NCBI GenBank assembly: GCA_018896645.1
Contig: JAHIMF010000005.1
Location: 997-64,996 of the forward strand
Source of the DNA: Patescibacteria group bacterium
Lineage (GTDB): Bacteria > Patescibacteriota > Patescibacteriia > UBA2591 > JABMQE01
Length of the DNA: 64,000 bases
Reading direction: 5' to 3'
Made by a program: the position numbers and the translations under genes. Below are positions 58,755 through 64,000 of this stretch, one piece after another. The notes below the pieces were generated by a model. It saw nothing but the letters and a program-made list of their open reading frames with translations, was not told where the DNA came from and did not search any database. Numbering within the stretch: position 1 is the stretch's first letter; the number at the start of each line of letters is the position of its first letter.

Positions 58755-58849
58755 TCTCTTCCTGCCTCGTGATTTGTTCCCAATCCGTGTTTTGAATTTT
58801 ACACGGGTTGGGATTTTTTTATACAAAATGCAAACCGTGATAATTTAGT

Positions 58850-58877
58850 ATTCAACTATTCGTGCGAATAGTTGAAT
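58850..58877. repeat. Perfect 13-2-13 palindrome (ATTCG-NN-CGAAT family)
   Basis: attcaactattcg-tg-cgaatagttgaat. Confidence 0.85.
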
Positions 58878-58939
58878 GGTTTAATTCTAAATATTCCAAA
58901 TTTTTTGTAAGAATCTTTGCGATGTTTGATTTTAATTTT

Positions 58940-59554
58940 TCATTTTCCACCCAACTCTTTCAAAATTCCCTTTTTTGTTTTCGCCATTTTTTGTTCGTTG
59001 ATTTTTAGTTCTTCGGCTCTTGTGGTATTTTTTAAAAAAGATAAAAATTGTTTGTTGAGAGATTGCAAATTATTTTTTTTGATTAAATTTTTATATTCCC
59101 GCCAATCAAATTCCGGGAGCAAAGCCAAACTTAAAAGGTCAAGCTCGTCTTTTCGGCCTTTGGTTGAACCTTGTCGATTTTGCCAGGCGTGAAGTTTCAG
59201 CAAAAACAGGATTTCCAATTTTGGCAGATGAAAGCCCTCGCGATTTTGCGCGGTTTTTTTAATACGAGAGAGATCAATCCCTAATTCCGAATAATGCGGC
59301 AGATAAATGTCAATGTCAAATTCGCCGGATTTTATTTCGTATTTTTTGAGGCGATCGTTTTTGAAAACCTCATATTTTTCTTTCAGCCGGGCTAATTCTT
59401 GATATTCTATAATAATATCAATATCTTTGGATTTTAAACTGTGCGAGTATAGAAAAACTGCCCAGCCGCCAATCAAAATAAAATCGTATTCTTGATTAAA
59501 CTTTTGCAAAAATTCAAAACTTTTTTGAGTAATTATGTTATGATAAAATTGCAT
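58940..59554 (-). CDS. Nucleotidyltransferase (AbiEii-like) putative toxin
   Basis: FILIGGWAV, SKDIDI, LKL.A...R....KG.KD..D. Confidence 0.75.
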   Translation of the reverse strand: MQFYHNIITQKSFEFLQKFNQEYDFILIGGWAVFLYSHSLKSKDIDIIIEYQELARLKEKYEVFKNDRLKKYEIKSGEFDIDIYLPHYSELGIDLSRIKKTAQNREGFHLPKLEILFLLKLHAWQNRQGSTKGRKDELDLLSLALLPEFDWREYKNLIKKNNLQSLNKQFLSFLKNTTRAEELKINEQKMAKTKKGILKELGGK

Positions 59555-59558
59555 AAAT

Positions 59559-60149
59559 TCAAATTAAATTCATTTTTTCTTTAAGGCATTTCAGAAAATC
59601 TTTGGCATACCAATCAGACAGATTCCAAAGGTCGGCAAAAGTTTGGACATCAGGGGTGTTTTCGCCGAAATCTTTCAGGCAAGCATCGGCTTTTAAAACA
59701 AATAAATTTTTCTGGCCTTTTTCTTGAGGAAATCTTTTTTTAACTTCTGCCAATTGGCTGGGGTCGGCGTAAATATAAACTTTGTCGTAGTCAGCCGGAG
59801 ATTCTCGATATTTTTTGGCGTAAGCGCTATAAGCGCCAAAAATAATTGCTTGGGGCATTAGCCCTTCAATTTCATTAGGATTTTTAGCAACATTGGTTGA
59901 GTAAATAATTTCTTTTGTTAAATTCCTTTGAGTAGCCCAGAAATATAAAAATTTTTCTTTGTCTTGGATTAAAAAATTGCGACCGGTTACTTTGACAGCG
60001 CCTGATTGTCTGGGAACTTTCAGGGCGTTAAAAACAGTACTTAAAGAAATCCTAAACTTTTCAGATAGATCTTTTTGGGTAAATTCGATTTTTTTATTGT
60101 CTATGGCTTGATGCAAAATTTCCCGCCAGAGAATTTCTTTTTTGGTCAT
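59559..60149 (-). CDS. wHTH protein (AbiEi-like putative antitoxin)
   Basis: TQKDLSEKF.ISLSTV..AL HTH; FGAYSAY, Q.FADLWN. Confidence 0.7.
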   Translation of the reverse strand: MTKKEILWREILHQAIDNKKIEFTQKDLSEKFRISLSTVFNALKVPRQSGAVKVTGRNFLIQDKEKFLYFWATQRNLTKEIIYSTNVAKNPNEIEGLMPQAIIFGAYSAYAKKYRESPADYDKVYIYADPSQLAEVKKRFPQEKGQKNLFVLKADACLKDFGENTPDVQTFADLWNLSDWYAKDFLKCLKEKMNLI

Positions 60150-60228
60150 AAATTGATAAATCTCCTAAAATTAGGTTTCTGTTTTTTGATAAAATTTATA
60201 GGTTCATTTCTATCATATTAGAAATGAG

Positions 60229-60987
60229 TTATTTTGTCAATTTTTCCTTCAAAACCAACCACATAAACACTGCCGTAGCGTTCCAAATTCTTTTTATTCG
60301 TTTTGGCTGTAAAATTAACCGAACCAGCCATTCCAGGCCTAAAATTCGCAAAAATTTGGGCGCTCTGGGGGTTTTTTTGCTGATATAGTCAAAACTACCC
60401 CCAACACCCATGGCCAAGCGCACAGAGGGTAATTTTGGCAAATTTTGGACTATCCACTTTTCTTGTTTAACTTGGCCTAAGGCAACGAGTATAATGTCAG
60501 GATTTGCTGATTTTATTTTAGCAATATTTTGACTATTATTCAACTTTGGATTGATAATTGATAATTGATAATTGATAATTCCGCCGGAGTGCGCGCCTGC
60601 TATTTTTAATTCAGGAAATTTTTGCTTTAGCTTATTCACAGCTTTTTTGGCTACCCCCTCCCCGGCTCCGAATAAATATATTGACTTGTTTTTTTGGGCT
60701 GCGAGTTTGCAAATTTTTATCATCAAATCAACTCCGGCAAGGCGGTTGATTTTTTGTTTATGCAAAATACGAGCCGCAATTTTAAGACCCATACCATCAG
60801 GAATAGCAATGTCTGCCTTATTTAATATTTTGGTAAATTCTTGATCTTTTTGGGCGGCAACAATAAACTCTGGATTGGGGGTAACAATGTAGTGTTGTTC
60901 CTCACTATTCAAAAAATGTTCAATTTTTCTTAGAACTTCAGTTCTGGAGAGATTATCAATTTGGACGCCGAGAATGGTAGGTTTCAT
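60229..60987 (-). CDS. WecG/TagA/CpsF family glycosyltransferase
   Basis: IVTPNPE, IPDG.G, R.AGVDL, VALG..KQE.W, GVGGSFD, RAP...GLEWL.RL. Confidence 0.93.
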   Translation of the reverse strand: MKPTILGVQIDNLSRTEVLRKIEHFLNSEEQHYIVTPNPEFIVAAQKDQEFTKILNKADIAIPDGMGLKIAARILHKQKINRLAGVDLMIKICKLAAQKNKSIYLFGAGEGVAKKAVNKLKQKFPELKIAGAHSGGIINYQLSIINPKLNNSQNIAKIKSANPDIILVALGQVKQEKWIVQNLPKLPSVRLAMGVGGSFDYISKKTPRAPKFLRILGLEWLVRLILQPKRIKRIWNATAVFMWLVLKEKLTK

Positions 60988-61007
60988 AATATATGTTTAT
61001 AATGTTA

Positions 61008-61033
61008 TGGAACCATTCGCACGAATGGTTCCA
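61008..61033. repeat. Perfect 12-2-12 palindrome downstream of the ArsR gene
   Basis: tggaaccattcg-ca-cgaatggttcca. Confidence 0.9.
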
Positions 61034-61035
61034 AA

Positions 61036-61323
61036 CTACTTTTTAATATTAAGAATCATTTTCAAAAATTTTAATGCCTCTTGGGTTGGTTTATTCTGGT
61101 TTTTAAAATTTGAGTCATAATATACGAACATGCCATCCTTTATTCTCTTGATGAACCCCGCGGATTCCAATACAAGCAAATGTTTAGATGTTCCTTTTAT
61201 ACTGATTCTAAACTTGCTGGCAGTATCGCCCACGGTTAATTTTTCATTATTTAACATCATTTTCATGATACTCAATCTTTTTTCATTCCCCAGGGCTTTA
61301 AATTTTTTACTAAGCTGCCGCAT
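61036..61323 (-). CDS. ArsR/SmtB family transcriptional regulator
   Basis: FKALGNEKRL.I, LTVGD, S...TSKHL..LE.AG.I...K.G..VYY. Confidence 0.9.
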   Translation of the reverse strand: MRQLSKKFKALGNEKRLSIMKMMLNNEKLTVGDTASKFRISIKGTSKHLLVLESAGFIKRIKDGMFVYYDSNFKNQNKPTQEALKFLKMILNIKK

Positions 61324-61342
61324 AAATTTTTATATTTGTATC

Positions 61343-61368
61343 TGGAACCATTCGCACGAATGGTTCAC
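61343..61368. promoter_or_regulatory. Second copy of the palindrome upstream of the ArsR gene (probable operator)
   Basis: tggaaccattcg-ca-cgaatggttc, about 20 bp before the ATG. Confidence 0.8.
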
Positions 61369-61408
61369 GATTATTAATACTACTATTTATATTAATATTA
61401 CTTATATT

Positions 61409-61963
61409 CTACCCCAACTTAAACGATTTAACAACCCTATACTTGGCTCCACCTGGCGTCAGTTGACTTTCCATCAATTCAATGCTTCTCACCTCAAAAT
61501 CACTCTCCCCCATCTCCACTCGCGGAATATTTAACTGGCATTTGTCCTTGACTCTAGCAATAGTAACATGTTCGTGCCATGGCCGTGACTCCACGTCAAA
61601 ACCACCCTTTTCTAATTCCTCGCCAATAGCTTTTTGAATACTGCAAGCTTTCCCACCGCCCAATTTTCCACAATCGACAAATATTATCCTGGGATTGTCA
61701 AAATTAGGAAAAACGTCTATGTTATCCAATCTCATAATAAAAGGGGGGCAATTTTTATTTACTTTCTCTAATATTTTTTCAACTTGCGGTATTTGTTGCT
61801 CTTCTAGGTAACCCAAAAAATGCAAGGTCAAGTGCAGGCCCTCGGGATTTGTCCACTTCACGGGCAGCCCCTTGTTTCTTCTTTCCAATTCTAAGATCAG
61901 TTTTGCTAATCTTTTTTTGAGCGGTTCTGGAAGATTGATGGCGATAAAAAGGCGATGTTTCAT
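61409..61963 (-). CDS. thpR: RNA 2',3'-cyclic phosphodiesterase (2H family)
   Basis: RLFIAI, LHLTLHFLG, HVTIAR, LMESQL...G..Y. Confidence 0.92.
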   Translation of the reverse strand: MKHRLFIAINLPEPLKKRLAKLILELERRNKGLPVKWTNPEGLHLTLHFLGYLEEQQIPQVEKILEKVNKNCPPFIMRLDNIDVFPNFDNPRIIFVDCGKLGGGKACSIQKAIGEELEKGGFDVESRPWHEHVTIARVKDKCQLNIPRVEMGESDFEVRSIELMESQLTPGGAKYRVVKSFKLG

Positions 61964-62061
61964 AAAATATAATTCAAATCTACAAATGAATGCTAATCTA
62001 CAAATGTTACAAATTTCGTTGATAATTGTATTTTATCATGATTTGGGTTAATATTAAAGAT

Positions 62062-62940
62062 ATGAAAGAAGCAATATTGTACAAAAAATTGAACAATCGA
62101 AAAGTTCAATGTCGGGTGTGTAATCATTATTGTAAAATTAATCCTGGTAAGCGTGGTGTTTGCGGGGTGCGGGAGAACAAAAATGGTAAATTATACAGTT
62201 TAGTTTATGACAGAGCTTGTGCGGAAAATATTGACCCAATTGAGAAAAAGCCATTTTATCATTTCTTACCCGGCACCTTTTCCCTTTCTATCGCCACGGT
62301 AGGTTGTAATTTTCGTTGTCATAATTGTCAAAATTGGGATATTAGTCAAAATGTCAAAATTGCAGCTGACATTATTGGGCAAGAATTGCCACCTGAAAAA
62401 ATTGTTCAAAATGCAATAGATAATAATTGTCCTAGTATTTCTTATACTTATACCGAGCCAACAATATTTTTAGAATATGCTTTGGACACAATGAAATTGG
62501 CTCGCAAAGCCGGATTAAAAAACTGTTGGGTAAGTAATGGGTACATGAGCAAGGAATCACTTAAGCTTATTTTTCCAAATCTTGACGCTATTAATGTTGA
62601 TTTGAAATCTTCTGATGATGAATTTTATAAAAAATACTGTAACGCGAGATTGCAACCGGTCTTAGATAATCTGATGGCAATCAAAAAAGCTAAAGTTCAT
62701 TTGGAAGTGACGACTTTAGTTATCCCGACCCTCAATGATGAGGAAAATAACCTAAAAAAAATCGCCCAATTTATTCATGGCAAATTAGGCGCGGATACCC
62801 CATGGCATGTCAGTCGTTTTTCTGGAATGATTTCTTGGAAACTTCAACATCTGCCAGATACGCCAGCAGAAACTATAAGACGAGCTAAAGAGATTGGTGA
62901 AGGGGTTGGACTTAAGCGGGTGCATTTAGGCAATATTTGA
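62062..62940 (+). CDS. amrS: AmmeMemoRadiSam system radical SAM enzyme
   Basis: C..C.H.C, DPIEKKPFYHF.PG, GCNFRCHNCQNW.ISQ, YTYTEP. Confidence 0.92.
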   Translation: MKEAILYKKLNNRKVQCRVCNHYCKINPGKRGVCGVRENKNGKLYSLVYDRACAENIDPIEKKPFYHFLPGTFSLSIATVGCNFRCHNCQNWDISQNVKIAADIIGQELPPEKIVQNAIDNNCPSISYTYTEPTIFLEYALDTMKLARKAGLKNCWVSNGYMSKESLKLIFPNLDAINVDLKSSDDEFYKKYCNARLQPVLDNLMAIKKAKVHLEVTTLVIPTLNDEENNLKKIAQFIHGKLGADTPWHVSRFSGMISWKLQHLPDTPAETIRRAKEIGEGVGLKRVHLGNI

Positions 62941-62964
62941 TATATAACATAATTATCAAAAAGT

Positions 62965-63080
62965 AAAAACGACTCACTGGTTTTAACCTAGGTGAGTCGT
63001 TGTGTTCTTCTACCAGCGACACTATAAAGAGCATATCGCTGCACATTCTATTATTATGTTCCAATAATCTAAAAAGTCAA
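62965..63080 (-). ncRNA. Putative short non-coding transcription unit
   Basis: TTGACT-16-CATAAT, hairpin at 63014-63041, terminator at 62965-63002. Confidence 0.35.
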
Positions 63081-63096
63081 GCCCCTACAATTAGCC

Positions 63097-63140
63097 AAAA
63101 AAATACGCGCTTATCTGCATTAAACAAGCGCGTATTTTTT
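63097..63140 (-). terminator. Terminator of the sortase gene
   Basis: aaaaaaatacgcgctt...aagcgcgtatttttt. Confidence 0.8.
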
Positions 63141-63157
63141 ATTTGAAATGTAATAAA

Positions 63158-64000
63158 TTAGTTACTAATATAATCAGCCACTACAACCAACCGTTTCTCG
63201 CTAGTAAATAACGGTGTGCAAGTGAAAAGAGTTAAAACTGGCTGGGTGGTATTGGACAGAATTTCTACTTGTCCCGGATCAACTACTTTAATCTCTTTAA
63301 CTTGATACTGATACTCTTTATCCCGCCAAATCACTTTTACTATATCCCCAACTCCCAATTTATCCAAAAGATAAAAAGTTCGGGAGCTGGGTGGTTGGTA
63401 TAAATAGCGATGAGCAGAAATTACTGTATTGCCGCCCTTGTCCGGAGCAGAGGTTCCGGGTATATGCCAGGCGCCTTGGTATAAAACATTGGCATCAGCT
63501 CCTTCTATAATCTTCATATCAACCCCAATTTTGGGAATAATGATTTTATTGACTGGCTCAATTCTGGCGAGCTGCGTGGCAACTGGTTGTGGCTCTTGAT
63601 AATTTAGAAGCTCCTTCTTATCATTAGCTTCAGTCACTTGAGTGGGGAGGGATAATTTTTCCTCACTATTCCCGGGGAAAGATAACAGGACGGGTTCTTC
63701 TTGTTCAATTTCTAAATCGGGAATTTCCTCAAAAACCAGGGCTGATTGGATGCTCTGTTCCAAAGCATCTCCGGGTAATGACTGCCTGTCTAAATAAGAA
63801 TTATCTAGAAAATGATAGCCCAATAAGGTTCCCAAGGGATATATAACCAAACCCAAGCTCAAACACAGGGTAATTAAGGCGAGGATTCTAAAGGGTCTAT
63901 TATTTTTGGCCGGTTTTGGTAAAAGATTAACACCTTTAGATGTTAGACGATATGTATTTTTTGCTGTCAAAGTAAACATAAGCACTGGAACAAATAACAA
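63158..64000 (-). CDS. Sortase (start uncertain, possibly beyond the window)
   Basis: IIPKIGV, GNTVISAHR, F..LDKL..GD, LTLFTC.P.....RLVV.A. Confidence 0.9.
   Translation of the reverse strand: MLFVPVLMFTLTAKNTYRLTSKGVNLLPKPAKNNRPFRILALITLCLSLGLVIYPLGTLLGYHFLDNSYLDRQSLPGDALEQSIQSALVFEEIPDLEIEQEEPVLLSFPGNSEEKLSLPTQVTEANDKKELLNYQEPQPVATQLARIEPVNKIIIPKIGVDMKIIEGADANVLYQGAWHIPGTSAPDKGGNTVISAHRYLYQPPSSRTFYLLDKLGVGDIVKVIWRDKEYQYQVKEIKVVDPGQVEILSNTTQPVLTLFTCTPLFTSEKRLVVVADYISN

Noticed and set aside
758-61534. Numerous antisense and alternate-frame ORFs in the track (e.g. 15825-16214, 24645-25037, 49333-49740, 56956-57357)
   Set aside because: They are shadows of well-supported genes or read through repeats, with no recognisable motifs.

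Overview
64 kb of AT-rich bacterial chromosome in genetic code 11 (TGA is used as a stop). The gene content points to a Patescibacteria/CPR (Parcubacteria-like) genome: few Shine-Dalgarno sites on core genes, two mreB paralogues, compact ProS and RplM. This taxonomic placement is inference. Core genes: intein-split ugd, murB, the infA-rpmJ-rpsM-rpsK-rpsD-rpoA-rplQ-rplM-rpsI cluster, a surface-glycan locus (flippase, five glycosyltransferases, O-antigen ligase-like), tig, mreB, holB, frr, rseP, proS, mreBCD-mrdA, greA, lysS, a MacAB-like ABC system, serS, ftsQ-like and a Xer-type recombinase. Gene orientation then switches to the minus strand (M23 peptidase, PurD-like ATP-grasp, gltX, WecG/TagA, thpR, sortase), with amrS on the plus strand. 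Four toxin-antitoxin-like pairs and a Fic gene are interspersed. The unusual content is mostly non-coding. (1) A tRNA-like gene with an Ala-type G3-U70 acceptor and an aberrant anticodon arm sits next to a separately promoted small RNA whose body is largely antisense to it. (2) Small HTH genes (ArsR, TrpR/YerC) are bracketed by their own palindromes, with solo copies dispersed at gene ends. (3) Several families of 20-62 bp palindromic elements are inserted in frame in proteins and nested in one another. (4) Inverted low-complexity repeat arms fill most intergenic spaces, either empty or around a cargo gene. (5) There are insertion scars: a displaced gltX 3' end and a duplicated terminator.
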